A program made the translations under genes and the position numbers. From the NCBI GenBank assembly GCA_003447595.1, contig DLYT01000148.1, positions 40,028-84,843 of the forward strand: DNA of 44,816 bases, in the 5' to 3' direction. The stretch is from Porphyromonadaceae bacterium. Its GTDB lineage: Bacteria > Bacteroidota > Bacteroidia > Bacteroidales > CAMTPD01. The notes under the pieces were generated by a model. It made no database searches, had not been told where the DNA came from, and worked only from the letters and a program-made list of their open reading frames with translations. Below, piece after piece: positions 18,792-30,300 of the stretch (the stretch's first letter is position 1; every line of letters begins with the position of its first letter).

Positions 18792-20576
18792 TTATAAAGA
18801 ATAAGAGATCTTTTTCTTGAGTGTAAAGATAAATTCAAGACCTCCATCCGCTCTATTCTTCGCAGAAATCTCTCCTTTATGAAAGTTGACACCATTCTTT
18901 ACAATTGCAAGTCCAAGTCCGGTTCCACCAATCTTTCTACTACGACCTTTGTCGACACGATAAAAACGTTCGAACAAGCGGTTCAGATGCTCTTCTTGTA
19001 CACCACAACCTGAATCAGAAAATCTGAAGTAGTAATATGATTCGTCTTCTTTGAAGCAAGCGACTTCGATGGTTATATTGTCTCCCGCATAAGCGATTGC
19101 ATTATCAAAGAGATTTCTGAATATGGAATAAAGTAATGAATGATTACCGTGTATTATCAGATTACTTTGTAGGGCAATATCTGTTTTTATATGCTTCGCT
19201 TCGATTTGTTGCCCGCATTCACGCACAATCTCATGTACCATATTTGAGATGTTAATATCGCTGAGATCAAACATCTCGGTGGCTTCCTCCATTCGATTCA
19301 ATACAGAGATGTCTCGCAACAAATCGGCCAATCGGGTCGATTGAGAGAAACATCTTTCAAGGAAGAAACGCATTTTTTCTGCATCTAAGTTCGGATTTGC
19401 TAAAATAGTTTCCAAGTAACCTTGGATAGAGCTCACCGGAGTTTTTAGCTCATGAGCCACATTTTGAGTAAGCTGGCGTTTTAGACGACTTTCTTCTTCC
19501 ATTCTAGAAATATCATTGATTGAGATTTCATAGCTGTTGTCTAGAAACAGAATCGTCTTTATTTGATATATCTTGCCATTCTTGTCGATAGTCAGAGTGT
19601 CACGAAGCACTTTGTCTCGATGTTCTGTATTTCTCATTCCTTTGGATAAGAACGAGTAAAGCGGACCAAATTCAGGAATCGTCAAAACATCTTCCGCACT
19701 TACAACAGACTTGTCAGAAATAACATTCGCCATTTGCAGAAATAAGATATTTGAAAGTATTTCTTTTCCATCGCTTTTAAACATTCCGAATCCTTCCTTA
19801 GAGTATTTGAAATGCTTCATAATCTTATCACGCTCAATCGAAAGCTCCTTTTTAGCCTTTACTTGCTTGTTATATAACGAAACTACAAGCTGAGAAATAT
19901 CTCCCAACTCATTATTCGGAAATTTATAAGCAATCTTTTCGGGAGCTTCTTCCGATTTAATATTCTGAGCAAAATCTCTTAGTTCGGAGATTGTACGTCC
20001 AATACTGCGGGTATATCGAAGAAGTACAAAAATAAACAGCACGATAAGTGTTGCCATGAAATAGATAAAACCTTTGTCCGTCTTAAGTTCATCACGAACA
20101 TAGGTGTTATATGGAAGTGCCGTACGAATGATATATCCACCTAGACGACTTGCCGAGTAGAAATAGCGCAATTTGTTCGTATCGGAATCTCGAATTGCAT
20201 TCCCCTTTCCGGTGTCGAGCGCTTTTCGCACTTCCGCACGGTTGTTGTGGTTATCATATTTCGAGGCATCGCCTGTATTATCATACAGCACTTTGCCCGA
20301 TGTATTCATAATTGTAATACGTAGTTCCTTTTGCGGTATCTCCGAAACGAACAGTGTACACTGTTCATTCATGTCTTTGTTTTTTGAGACACGCTGAAAC
20401 AATTGATTGTTGTAATTGAGCAAAACACTATCTAGTTTCTCTTGAGCAAATGCTTTCTCTCGGTTATACTGAAACGTAACCACGCATAAGACAAAAGACA
20501 AAAACATGGTGAGAATTGCCCAAAATATCTTTTGGTTAAATGAAACTCTAGGTTTTCTATCCATCAAATTAGTCAT
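18792..20576 (-). CDS. Two-component sensor histidine kinase (RprX/PhoR-like architecture)
   Basis: 594-aa ORF with two TM helices flanking a periplasmic domain of about 140 aa, a PAS-like linker, an H-box (VAHELKTPVSS), and N and G boxes (NLFDNAIAY, GTGLGLAIVK). Confidence 0.9.
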   Translation of the reverse strand: MTNLMDRKPRVSFNQKIFWAILTMFLSFVLCVVTFQYNREKAFAQEKLDSVLLNYNNQLFQRVSKNKDMNEQCTLFVSEIPQKELRITIMNTSGKVLYDNTGDASKYDNHNNRAEVRKALDTGKGNAIRDSDTNKLRYFYSASRLGGYIIRTALPYNTYVRDELKTDKGFIYFMATLIVLFIFVLLRYTRSIGRTISELRDFAQNIKSEEAPEKIAYKFPNNELGDISQLVVSLYNKQVKAKKELSIERDKIMKHFKYSKEGFGMFKSDGKEILSNILFLQMANVISDKSVVSAEDVLTIPEFGPLYSFLSKGMRNTEHRDKVLRDTLTIDKNGKIYQIKTILFLDNSYEISINDISRMEEESRLKRQLTQNVAHELKTPVSSIQGYLETILANPNLDAEKMRFFLERCFSQSTRLADLLRDISVLNRMEEATEMFDLSDINISNMVHEIVRECGQQIEAKHIKTDIALQSNLIIHGNHSLLYSIFRNLFDNAIAYAGDNITIEVACFKEDESYYYFRFSDSGCGVQEEHLNRLFERFYRVDKGRSRKIGGTGLGLAIVKNGVNFHKGEISAKNRADGGLEFIFTLKKKISYSL

Positions 20577-20654
20577 CGGTTGTATGGAAGTCTGATTTTT
20601 TCTTGTCAGAAGATAATGAAAAAGTATAATTATTCGTTATTGTTTTGAGAGGCA

Positions 20655-21344
20655 TTAACCCTCAAAACAATAACCAAAGCCTAAGCGTGTTACAATGTTC
20701 TTACCGTACGGACCTATCTTTTTGCGAAGGCGGGTAATATTAACATCAATGGTGCGATCGAGTACATAGACTTCATCTTTCCATATTCGAGATAAAATTT
20801 CTTCTCTCGAGAAAACGTTGCCTTTGTTTTCGAGCAATAGCTTTAGTATCTCAAATTCTTTTTTGGTTAGAGTTACTTCTTCTCCATCTATACTCGCTTT
20901 GATTCGTTTTATATCAAGGCTCAACGTTTCATAAGTCAGGAGTTCGCTTTCCTCTACTTGTGGTTTTGCGGCAGCAGTTCTACGTACAACAGCTTTTACG
21001 CGCGCCATAACCTCTTTGATAGAAAAAGGCTTTGAGATATAGTCGTCTGCGCCAAGATTGAATCCGGTAAGCATGTCGTTTTCTGTATCTTTGGCTGTAA
21101 GGAAGATGATCGGTATACGAGCCGTTTTTTCGTTCTTACGAAGCATATTCGCCATCTTGAATCCTGAAATCTCACCCATCATGACATCAAGAAGCAATAA
21201 ATTATACTTTGTAAGATCAAGCGTAAGGGCCTCTTCCGCACTATTTGCAGTATCAACGTCGTAACCTTCTATTTCCAGATTGAATTTAAGGATCTCGCAA
21301 AGATCTTCTTCATCATCAACGACCAAAATTCTAGTTGTTGCCAT
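20655..21344 (-). CDS. Response regulator transcription factor (OmpR/PhoB family, RprY-like)
   Basis: 229-aa ORF with a receiver domain (ILVVDDEED, LLLDVMMGE, SKPF) and a winged-helix domain (EFEILKLL, LGFGYCF). Confidence 0.93.
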   Translation of the reverse strand: MATTRILVVDDEEDLCEILKFNLEIEGYDVDTANSAEEALTLDLTKYNLLLLDVMMGEISGFKMANMLRKNEKTARIPIIFLTAKDTENDMLTGFNLGADDYISKPFSIKEVMARVKAVVRRTAAAKPQVEESELLTYETLSLDIKRIKASIDGEEVTLTKKEFEILKLLLENKGNVFSREEILSRIWKDEVYVLDRTIDVNITRLRKKIGPYGKNIVTRLGFGYCFEG

Positions 21345-21577
21345 TTATAAACGTTTTGAATTATGTGAGTCAAAATTGTTACAGATAACTATAACGATGG
21401 TCTAAATCGCATAGATTGTACATCTGCGTTACAAATATCTAAAAAATATCCGCTAACAAAGGATTTAAGATATTACAATTCTGTTAATTTTATTTCGAAC
21501 AAGCATAAGGTAGCTGCTGTTTCATTTCATTGTTGTGATACTTTTGCGTATACTTGTATTGCAAAAAATCCAACAAT

Positions 21578-24526
21578 ATGAAACCGTTTCTCTATCAGGT
21601 AGCCGAAGTTTTTTATCAACATCATAAAGACGAGCTCACTTCGTATGCGTTTGTCTTTCCCAACAGACGTGCCGGTATTTTCTTTCAAAAATACTTGGTA
21701 CAGGTAGCAGGTAAACCGATGTTTTCCCCAACAATCGTAACGATTAATGACTTGTTTCAGAAGTTATCGGGTAAGCAAACAGCCGATAGAGTGGGGATGT
21801 TGTTTCGATTGTATGATATCTTTATTGCACACAGCGGCTCGAAAGAAACATTTGATGAGTTTCTATATTGGGGAGAGATGCTCTTATCCGACTTTGACGA
21901 TATAGACAAATATATGGTTGATGCGGCACGTTTGTTTAGCAACATCTCGGATCTTAAGAACATTGATAACGACTTCGACTTCCTTACCGAAGAGCAAATC
22001 GCAGCAATTCGCAAGTTCTGGTCTACCTTCAATCCCGAGCGTTTGAGTGGTAACCAAAAAGAATTCCTGGCAGTGTGGGAAGTTCTTCTAGCCATCTATA
22101 CAGAATTCAAAGAAAGCTTGGCCGAAGATAAGATCGGTTACGATGGGATGATCTTTCGCGAAGTAGTAGAAGAAGCCAAAGCCGGAAAAGAGTTTGCGTT
22201 GCCGTATAAAAAGATTGTTTTTGTAGGGCTCAATGCATTGTCTACAAGTGAAGAGCAATTCCTATTGTACCTTAAGAATCGAAATCTTGCCGACTTCTAT
22301 TGGGATTATGATTCGGACAAGATAACAGACCGCAACAACCGTTCATCTTATTTCGTAGATAAGAACAAACTCATTTATCCATCTGCATATAAGATTGTAG
22401 AGGAACCACTCCGCGATCAAACCATTGAGGTGATTGGCGTACCTTCGGGGGTAGGACAAGCCAAATATGTGTACTCCTTATTGAGCGACATATACAAACA
22501 AGACAGTGTAACCTCATTAGAAGCAATGAAAACGGCGGTAGTATTACCGGACGAAACACTGCTGATGCCTGTGCTGCACTCCATACCCGACAACTTTCAG
22601 CGCATCAATGTAACCATGGGTTATCCGTTAGCATCTACACCGATTGCCCTGTTGATGGAAAATATTCTCGATCTTCAGAAGAACATTCGCATGGTTAATG
22701 GTGGTGTATGCTTCTATTATAAATATGTACTACCCGTATTGAATCATCGATACGTTGCTGCATCGAATCCCGATTTAGTGGTTGGCATAGCATCAGACAT
22801 CGTAAAGAAAAACAGAATCTATGTAACCGAAGCCGAATTAGACAAGTCACCTTTGCTTCGGGTTCTATTTAAGCCGATCCAAAACAAAGAAGAAGTTTCC
22901 GATTACTTGATCCATGTACTGGAAGAATTGGCAAAGATCCTGGTTGAGAATTCGCGCAAGAATGCTGTCGCAAAGCAAATGGAGGAAGAAGATTCCGTGC
23001 AACTGTCTTTGTTTGAAGAAGCCAGACAAACATCGGACGAAGAGGCACAACTTTCGGGAAGAGAAGCGATGGATGGAGAATTTATCTTTCACTACTTTAC
23101 GATGGTAAACCGAATGAAAGATGTAATGCAACGTTACGGACTCAACATTCAACTCGACACTTACTTCCGACTCTTGAAGCGAATGACCGATGGAATCTCG
23201 ATTCCGTTCAGGGGCGAACCGTTGTCGGGACTTCAAATCATGGGGGTACTTGAAACGCGTGCGCTAGATTTCGATAACTTGATCATCCTTTCGATGAACG
23301 AAGGTATCTTTCCGGTAAAGAAAACAGCCAATACATTTATACCCTATAACCTGCGTCGCGGGTTCGGACTTCCTACCTACGAGCACCAAGATAGTGTCCT
23401 TGCTTATCACTTCTACCGTCTTATCTATAGAGCCAAGCACGTCTCTTTGGTATACGATACACGAAGCGACGGGATGAAGACGGGCGAAATGAGTCGTTAT
23501 ATTCACCAGCTTCGTTACCATTACAAAATACCAATCCAAGATAAGCTTCTTGTCTACAACATCTCGCAAGGTGATACACCAAGCATAACGGTAGAGAAGA
23601 ATGAAGAGATTCTAAAGAAACTCAGCGTCTATAAAGAAGGAGGATACAAATCACTGTCGGCAAGTTCGATCAGTAATTATATAGACTGTCCGCTTCGTTT
23701 CTTTTTTGCCACGGTAGAGGGAATGCGAGAAGATGAAGAAGTAACAGAGCGCGTAGAAGCCGATCGCTTCGGTAGTATTTTGCACAAAGTACTGGAGGAG
23801 TTGTACAAACCATTAGTGGGTCATGTGGTAACGGCCGATTTATTGCATAAAATACGAAAAGACAAAAAGGAAATAACGCATGAGATAGAGAAAGCATTCG
23901 CCGAGATCTTTTTCAAGAGTGATACCGTGCGTCCGCTCGAAGGAGAGAACTACCTCATTAGTCAGGTTATTTATAAATACATCGATAAGTTACTGGCAAA
24001 GGATGCCAAGCTAACACCTTTTACCTATATCGAAAGCGAAAAGCTTATTCAAACACATTTCGCTCTATCAGATGGAACACGTGTACGTATGAAAGGATTT
24101 ATCGACCGTGTGGATGAAGTAAATAAGCAAGTGCGTATCATCGACTATAAAACAGGGAAAGCCGAAAAGACATTTAAGGAAATAGCCGACTTGTTCGACT
24201 CGGAACTAAAAGACCGACCAAAGGCTATCATGCAGGTGTTTACCTATGCACTACTTACGATGGACGAATTCAAAGGCAGAGATCTTGCACCGGGTATTTA
24301 TACCGTTAGGCAGATATTCACAGATGCTTTCGATCCGGCCATTTATCACCAGACGGCACCAAAAATCAAACATCAGGTAGACTCGTTTGCTCCGTATGCG
24401 AAAGAGTTTGAAGAAAAGTTGCGGTCATGCTTAGATGATATCTTTAATCCGGATATTAACTTCAACCAGACCCTAAACGAGAAAAACTGCGAATATTGTC
24501 CTTTCAAGACAGTGTGCAATAAATAA
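21578..24526 (+). CDS. PD-(D/E)XK nuclease family protein, AddB-like (inactive helicase-like N-domain plus Fe-S nuclease domain)
   Basis: ORF of about 982 aa. The track starts at TTG 21554, and the ATG at 21578 (MKPFLYQ) is more likely. The C-terminal nuclease motifs are RFGSILHKVLE and GFIDRVD...IIDYKTGK. The Cys pattern C(x)n...CEYCPFKTVC matches the AddB 4-Cys Fe-S cluster. Confidence 0.8.
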   Translation: MKPFLYQVAEVFYQHHKDELTSYAFVFPNRRAGIFFQKYLVQVAGKPMFSPTIVTINDLFQKLSGKQTADRVGMLFRLYDIFIAHSGSKETFDEFLYWGEMLLSDFDDIDKYMVDAARLFSNISDLKNIDNDFDFLTEEQIAAIRKFWSTFNPERLSGNQKEFLAVWEVLLAIYTEFKESLAEDKIGYDGMIFREVVEEAKAGKEFALPYKKIVFVGLNALSTSEEQFLLYLKNRNLADFYWDYDSDKITDRNNRSSYFVDKNKLIYPSAYKIVEEPLRDQTIEVIGVPSGVGQAKYVYSLLSDIYKQDSVTSLEAMKTAVVLPDETLLMPVLHSIPDNFQRINVTMGYPLASTPIALLMENILDLQKNIRMVNGGVCFYYKYVLPVLNHRYVAASNPDLVVGIASDIVKKNRIYVTEAELDKSPLLRVLFKPIQNKEEVSDYLIHVLEELAKILVENSRKNAVAKQMEEEDSVQLSLFEEARQTSDEEAQLSGREAMDGEFIFHYFTMVNRMKDVMQRYGLNIQLDTYFRLLKRMTDGISIPFRGEPLSGLQIMGVLETRALDFDNLIILSMNEGIFPVKKTANTFIPYNLRRGFGLPTYEHQDSVLAYHFYRLIYRAKHVSLVYDTRSDGMKTGEMSRYIHQLRYHYKIPIQDKLLVYNISQGDTPSITVEKNEEILKKLSVYKEGGYKSLSASSISNYIDCPLRFFFATVEGMREDEEVTERVEADRFGSILHKVLEELYKPLVGHVVTADLLHKIRKDKKEITHEIEKAFAEIFFKSDTVRPLEGENYLISQVIYKYIDKLLAKDAKLTPFTYIESEKLIQTHFALSDGTRVRMKGFIDRVDEVNKQVRIIDYKTGKAEKTFKEIADLFDSELKDRPKAIMQVFTYALLTMDEFKGRDLAPGIYTVRQIFTDAFDPAIYHQTAPKIKHQVDSFAPYAKEFEEKLRSCLDDIFNPDINFNQTLNEKNCEYCPFKTVCNK

Positions 24527-24537
24527 TAGACAAAGAA

Positions 24538-24564
24538 AACGGCAACAGAATGTTGTCGTTTTTT
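24538..24564 (+). terminator. Rho-independent terminator after the AddB-like gene
   Basis: AACGGCAACA (24538-24547) pairs with TGTTGTCGTT (24551-24560, one G-U) across a 3-nt loop and is followed by TTTT. Confidence 0.6.
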
Positions 24565-24595
24565 GTTTCTGAGAAAAGAAACAGAACGTTTGCAT

Positions 24596-25231
24596 ATGCA
24601 GCAAGTAAGAAATTATTTTCAGAAAACCCGTGTCGAAACCTTTTCCGACGGAATCTTTGCAATCATAATAACGGTACTCGTTCTTGAGTTAAAAGTACCC
24701 GTAATTAAAGATGTTACCAATCGCGCAGAGCTATTAAATGGACTTTGGCTTCTCATGCCCAAGATCATCAGTTGGATTATCAGCTTCCTTACCGTAAGTG
24801 TGATGTGGGTGAATCACCACCGACTATTCAAGATGTTCAAAGTTTTCAATAACGGTCTGTTTTGGGGCAATGCATTGTTGCTTCTCGCTGTATCCTTCAC
24901 TCCTTTTCCTACGGCCGTGTTAGGAGATTATCACCACAACGAAACCGCTGTGTTGTTTTACGGATTCTCCATGGCTCTATGCAATGGAATGTTTTCGGCA
25001 GTTCAAATCTATGCATTCATGCATCCCGAGATCTTAGATCCCGACATTGATGTTCCTCGGTTCAAACGCAAAACCATTTACTCCATAGCTTTCGGTCCGT
25101 TATTATACATAGCGGGAGCATTGTTGTCGTTTGTCGATCCTGTAATTTCTTTTGTTACCTACTTCTGCATCCCGATCTATTTTATTTTTCCACATGCAAT
25201 AGAAGAACTAGAACTTAAGAAAGAGGCATAA
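24596..25231 (+). CDS. TMEM175-family (DUF1211) potassium channel
   Basis: ORF of about 211 aa with the signature RVETFSDGIFAIIITVLVLEL in TM1 and six predicted TM helices. The ATG at 24596 is preferred because the tracked TTG start at 24563 lies inside the upstream terminator. Confidence 0.8.
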   Translation: MQQVRNYFQKTRVETFSDGIFAIIITVLVLELKVPVIKDVTNRAELLNGLWLLMPKIISWIISFLTVSVMWVNHHRLFKMFKVFNNGLFWGNALLLLAVSFTPFPTAVLGDYHHNETAVLFYGFSMALCNGMFSAVQIYAFMHPEILDPDIDVPRFKRKTIYSIAFGPLLYIAGALLSFVDPVISFVTYFCIPIYFIFPHAIEELELKKEA

Positions 25232-25250
25232 TCTCATTGCACCAAGTAAA

Positions 25251-26156
25251 TCAGCTTTCTTGCAGTTTATACGCACCGGGCGACATTCCCGTATGATGCT
25301 TAAAGTATTTACCGAAAAACGATTGCGTAGAGAAGTTGAGAATGTAAGCAATCTCTTGTATACTCTTATCCGAATAGCGGAGCAATGCTTTCGCTTCAAG
25401 TATCACAAACTCATCAATCCAGTCGGCCGCAGTTTTTCCGCTTACCTCTTTTATAAGAGTAGATAAATACTTTGGGGTGATTGAGAGTTTGGAAGCATAA
25501 AAACCCACATTACGCTGTTCTTTGTGATGGTCAGAAACCAGCTCCATAAAGCGTTTGAAAATGAGTTCCCGTCTACTTTGTGCCGAACTGTCGTCTGCTT
25601 GATGTATAAACTCTTCTTTGTTTAAGATGGAACTAATCCGATATACCATCGCGCCGCTGAGCTTTTGAATCACTTCCTTTGTATACTTCGCATCGGGCAT
25701 GGTCAAAGCCTCTTCGAGCAATTCCGTATATAGTTTCAAGCTGTGCATCTCTTCATCATTCAGTTTCAGACAAGAGCGATTTTTAAATTCCACGTAGATC
25801 GGAACCAGATTACGCATATCAATATGCATCTCACGCAAAAAGTTTTCCGATACGATAAAGGCACGCATCTCCAAATCATCCGATATGCTTTTGATTTGAA
25901 TGATGTTTTCCGGAAAATTGATCACCATCATCCCCGCCGAAACTTCAAACTCATTCAAGTTGATACTAAGCTTGCCGGTCCCGCCCATGCATATACCAAT
26001 AATATACGCATTCAGTTTACTAGGAAACCGAAACATCGATTGCTGCAACGGCTCATGCGGATCGCAAATTATAAAATCATCGTTGCCTTGTTCGGGTGTT
26101 CCAAATAACTCTTTCAGTCGGGCTATGGAGAATAGATTTAGATCTTCGTTGTTCAT
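25251..26156 (-). CDS. AraC family transcriptional regulator
   Basis: 301-aa ORF with a C-terminal double HTH (FYASKLSITPKYLSTLIKEVSG...IQEIAYILNFSTQSFFGKYFKHHTGMSPGAY). It is divergent from RND operon 2. Confidence 0.9.
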   Translation of the reverse strand: MNNEDLNLFSIARLKELFGTPEQGNDDFIICDPHEPLQQSMFRFPSKLNAYIIGICMGGTGKLSINLNEFEVSAGMMVINFPENIIQIKSISDDLEMRAFIVSENFLREMHIDMRNLVPIYVEFKNRSCLKLNDEEMHSLKLYTELLEEALTMPDAKYTKEVIQKLSGAMVYRISSILNKEEFIHQADDSSAQSRRELIFKRFMELVSDHHKEQRNVGFYASKLSITPKYLSTLIKEVSGKTAADWIDEFVILEAKALLRYSDKSIQEIAYILNFSTQSFFGKYFKHHTGMSPGAYKLQES

Positions 26157-26320
26157 TTTGGCATGTTTTTGGTACGAATATATATCAATTACGGGGTTTA
26201 AATGTTCATTTAGTACAATTATTCGACTTTTAGAACATCTCTATCGTCCAAAAGATCTTTCCACTCCGTTTACTTTCCATCAATTTTGCATAAAAAATAA
26301 GACTGTTTAAGTAAGAAGGT

Positions 26321-27364
26321 ATGAAAACAATGAATTTCTATTGGATGCACATCGCATTGTGCGCATTCGTAGTTGGGACTTTATCCTCATGTTCCGACAA
26401 AGGGAAGACACCCGATGAGAAAAAAAGAACAATCGTTGTAAGTACGATGAAAGTCGTATCAGAAGCGGCAGGACTTCCCGGTGAATACATCGGAGTAATT
26501 GAAGAAGAAGCCGGAGCCGACTTAAGCTTTCAAGTAGCCGGAAATGTAAACGGCGTGTATGTGTCGGAAGGAACAAAAGTTAAGAAAGGGCAATTGTTGG
26601 CCCAGCTCGACCGCACTTCGTTGCAAAGCTCCCATGATGCCGCTCAAGCATCCCTCAAGCATGCGCAAGATGCTTACGACAGAATGAAAAAATTATACGA
26701 CAAACAAAGTTTGCCCGAAATAAAGTTTGTAGAAGTAGAAACCAAGCTACAGCAAGCAAAGTCAATGGCGCAGATCGCAGCCAAAAACTTACAAGACGCA
26801 ACACTTACAGCACCCTTCGATGGAGTAATAGGCAAGCGTACCATCGAACCCGGTGAAAACGCAGTACCCGGTAAACCCGTCTTCAAACTCTTGAAAACAA
26901 ACAGCGTTCACGCAACATTCTCAGTTCCCGAAAAAGAAATTGCATTAGTCAATAAGCACAACGAGGCCGAAGTAATCATGACCGGCATAAATGACAAACG
27001 CTTGTCGGGGCCAATTACCGAAAAAGGAGTAATGACTTCATCCCTAAGCCACGGTTATGGCGTAAAAGTTAAACTTCAAAATCCCGATGGCACCCTTTTG
27101 CCGGGGATGGTATGTAAGGTGCTCGTTGACAGAGAAGAGTCGACTCCCGTAATCGTGGTGCCGAATAGAGCATTACAAATCAACAGCGATGGCAGCCGTT
27201 TTGTATGGGTCGTAGAGAATGACAAAGCAAAAGCAAAGTCTGTAGAAACCGGCGAACTTGCCGATAACGGCGTGGTTGTCATCGCCGGATTGCAAGCAGG
27301 CGATGAAGTCATTACAGACGGATATCAGAAAGTAAGTGAAGGAATGAATGTACAAGTACGATGA
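26321..27364 (+). CDS. Efflux RND transporter periplasmic adaptor subunit, lipoprotein
   Basis: 347-aa ORF with a lipobox (GTLSSCSD) and MFP motifs (LTAPFDGVIGKR, a coiled-coil hairpin). An ATGA overlap joins it to the pump gene. Confidence 0.9.
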   Translation: MKTMNFYWMHIALCAFVVGTLSSCSDKGKTPDEKKRTIVVSTMKVVSEAAGLPGEYIGVIEEEAGADLSFQVAGNVNGVYVSEGTKVKKGQLLAQLDRTSLQSSHDAAQASLKHAQDAYDRMKKLYDKQSLPEIKFVEVETKLQQAKSMAQIAAKNLQDATLTAPFDGVIGKRTIEPGENAVPGKPVFKLLKTNSVHATFSVPEKEIALVNKHNEAEVIMTGINDKRLSGPITEKGVMTSSLSHGYGVKVKLQNPDGTLLPGMVCKVLVDREESTPVIVVPNRALQINSDGSRFVWVVENDKAKAKSVETGELADNGVVVIAGLQAGDEVITDGYQKVSEGMNVQVR

Positions 27365-30300
27365 AAAGAGGAAGAAACATAATCGAATCGGCAATGCACT
27401 ATCGAAAGATAACACTCATTGCCACCGCCTTGTTGGTGCTACTAGGCGTACTCGGTATCAAATACATGCCAAAACAAGAATTTCCGCCCTTTACCATTCG
27501 TCAAGGTGTAGTGGTGGCTGTATATCCCGGAGCCACATCAGCGCAAGTAGAAGAGCAGGTTGCCAAACCGCTCGAACGCTATCTATTTACATTCAATGAG
27601 ATCAAAAAGCAAAAAACATACTCGATGTCGCAAGACGGCATTGTGTATGTAATGGTAGAGCTTAACGATAATATAAAAAACAAAGACGAGGTTTGGTCCA
27701 AGATCAAGCACGGACTCAACGGCTTCAAAGCAGAGCTTCCGTCGGGAGTATTGGCACTGATCGCAAAAGACGACTTTGGCGACACGTCGGCACTCTTGAT
27801 ATCTGTAGAGTCGAAAGACAAGACGTATCGCGAACTCGATACCTATGCCGAGCAGCTAGAAGATAAGCTTCGCCGCATCGAGTCGGTATCAAACCTGCGT
27901 CGTTACGGTGTACAAAAAGAACAAATCAGCGTATACCTCGACAAAGACAAAATGGCCGTGTATGGTATTGATACCCGTTGGCTATTGGCAAACCTGTTTG
28001 GTCAGGGGTTGATCACCGTATCGGGTGAGATCGAAAACGCAGACGTAAACATGCCGATACACTTTGAGTCTCCGCTGAGTACCGAAAAGGAAATTGCCGA
28101 TCAAATCATTCGTCAAGACCCGAACGGACAAGTTGTTCGCGTAAAAGACATAGCGCGCATTGAGCGAGAATACGATCTCGACAACAGTTATGTCAAGAAC
28201 AACGGAACCAAGTCGATCATCCTTTCGCTCGAGATGCGCGAAGGAAACAATATTGTTGCCTATGGAAACGAAGTAGACAAAGTCTTGGCCTCATTCGAGC
28301 AACAAATCCCCGAGAGTGTATCCATTAAACGTATTGCCGACCAACCTAAAGTGGTAGAAGAATCCGTAACATCCTTTTTGCGCGACCTAGTTATTTCCAT
28401 TGTGGTCGTAATCTTGGTGATGATGATTCTCTTCCCATTTCGTTCGGCCGTAGTGGCAGCAACATCCATCCCGATCAGCATCTTTATTTCGATCGGTATC
28501 ATGTATGTGTGTCGCATTCCGCTCAATACCGTAACACTGGCCGCTCTTATTGTGGTGCTGGGAATGATTGTAGACAATGCCATTATTGTGGTAGATGCCT
28601 ATCTGGAGCGTCTCGACAAAGGAATGTCTCGCTGGCATGCCGCAATCTCGAGCGCGAAAGACTATTTCGGTTCCATCTTTTTGGCTACGCTCTGTATCTC
28701 GATCATCTTTTTTCCGTTGCTCTTTACAATGACCGGGCAGTTTAGAGACTTCCTCGAGTTTTTCCCGTGGACCATCTTTATCTCTCTTATGGTGTCGTTG
28801 CTGGTTGCCATGGTAATCATTCCGATCTTCGAGTTTTGGTTGATCAAGAAAGGTCTTCAGGGCGGAAAAGAAGGGAAAGAGAAGAAATTCAATCTTCTCG
28901 ATAGCGTACAGTCGGGATACAATCGTGTGCTTGATTTTACCTTTAAGTATCCATGGCTCACCATTGCGGGCGGTGCGCTATCAATAGGTATCGCTGTTGT
29001 GATTATGATGAATCTCAACCGACGCATGATGCCTATCGCCGATCGGGATCAGTTTGCAGTAGAAATCTATTTGCCGCAAGGAACATCGCTTGATCGTACT
29101 GCCTCGGTAGCCGATTCGATGTATTCTATTCTTTCGGGCGACGAACGCGTAAAGTCGGTAACATCCTTTATCGGAATGGCTTCGCCTCGTTTTCAAACAA
29201 CGTACGCGCCAAACATGCCGTCGAAACACTACGCGCAGTTTATTGTAAACACTGAGTCGATCGACGCAACCAAGCAGCTACTCAATGAATACACCGATAT
29301 GTATGCGAATTATTTCCCCAATGCATACGTGAAATTCAAGGAGCTAGACTATCAGTCGGTGCAAAGTCCGATCGAAGTGCGTCTCATGGGAGAGAACATC
29401 GACGACCTCAAGCAAGCGGCCGATTCTCTTATGGAAGCCATGCGTGAGATGGATGAACTCGTTTGGGTGCATACCAACTACGAAGAAATGCTTCCTGCGG
29501 TGCAGGTAAAAATAGACCCGATACAAGCGGCACGTCTTGGTATTACCAAAATGATGGCTTCGGCCGAAGTGGCGGTACATACCAATGGTCTCAGTGCGGG
29601 CACGATATGGGAAGGCGACTATCCTTTGCAGGTGAAACTAAAAACAGACCACCCAACCGAACAAGCGGCACAACTGGGCGACAGATACATCTCTACCGCA
29701 GTGCCGGGAGTGATGGTGCCTTTGCGTCAGATCGCGGATGTAACACCACAATGGGAGGAAGGCCAGATTGTGCGTCGCAACGGGGTACGCACCGTGAGTG
29801 TCATGGCAAATGTAAAGCGCAACGAAAACGAAAACAATGCGTTCAAGAAGGTAATCGAGATTGCCAATACGCAGATTGCGCCTCAATTGCCCGATGGTGT
29901 TGAGATGGAGTTTGGAGGAACCGTCGAAAACGATAAAGAGATCATTACGCCCATTGCAAGCGGTTTGCTCATAGCAATTTGTATCATCTTTATTTTCTTA
30001 GTCGTGAATTTCAAAAAACTAAGTATCGCCGCTACGGCATTGGGTTCTATATCACTGTGCTCGCTAGGTGCGGTAATCGGACTGTGGATGTTTGATGTCA
30101 ACTTCGGACTTACGTGCGTACTCGGTGTAATTAGTTTGCTCGGGATTATTGTGCGTAATGCAATCATCATGTTTGAGCATGCGGAAGATTTACACCGCAA
30201 CAAGCGTTACTCGGCACGCGATGCAGCCTACGATGCCGGTTCGCGCCGAATGTTGCCCATCTTTCTTACTTCGGCCACTACGGCTGTAGGTGTGATTCCG

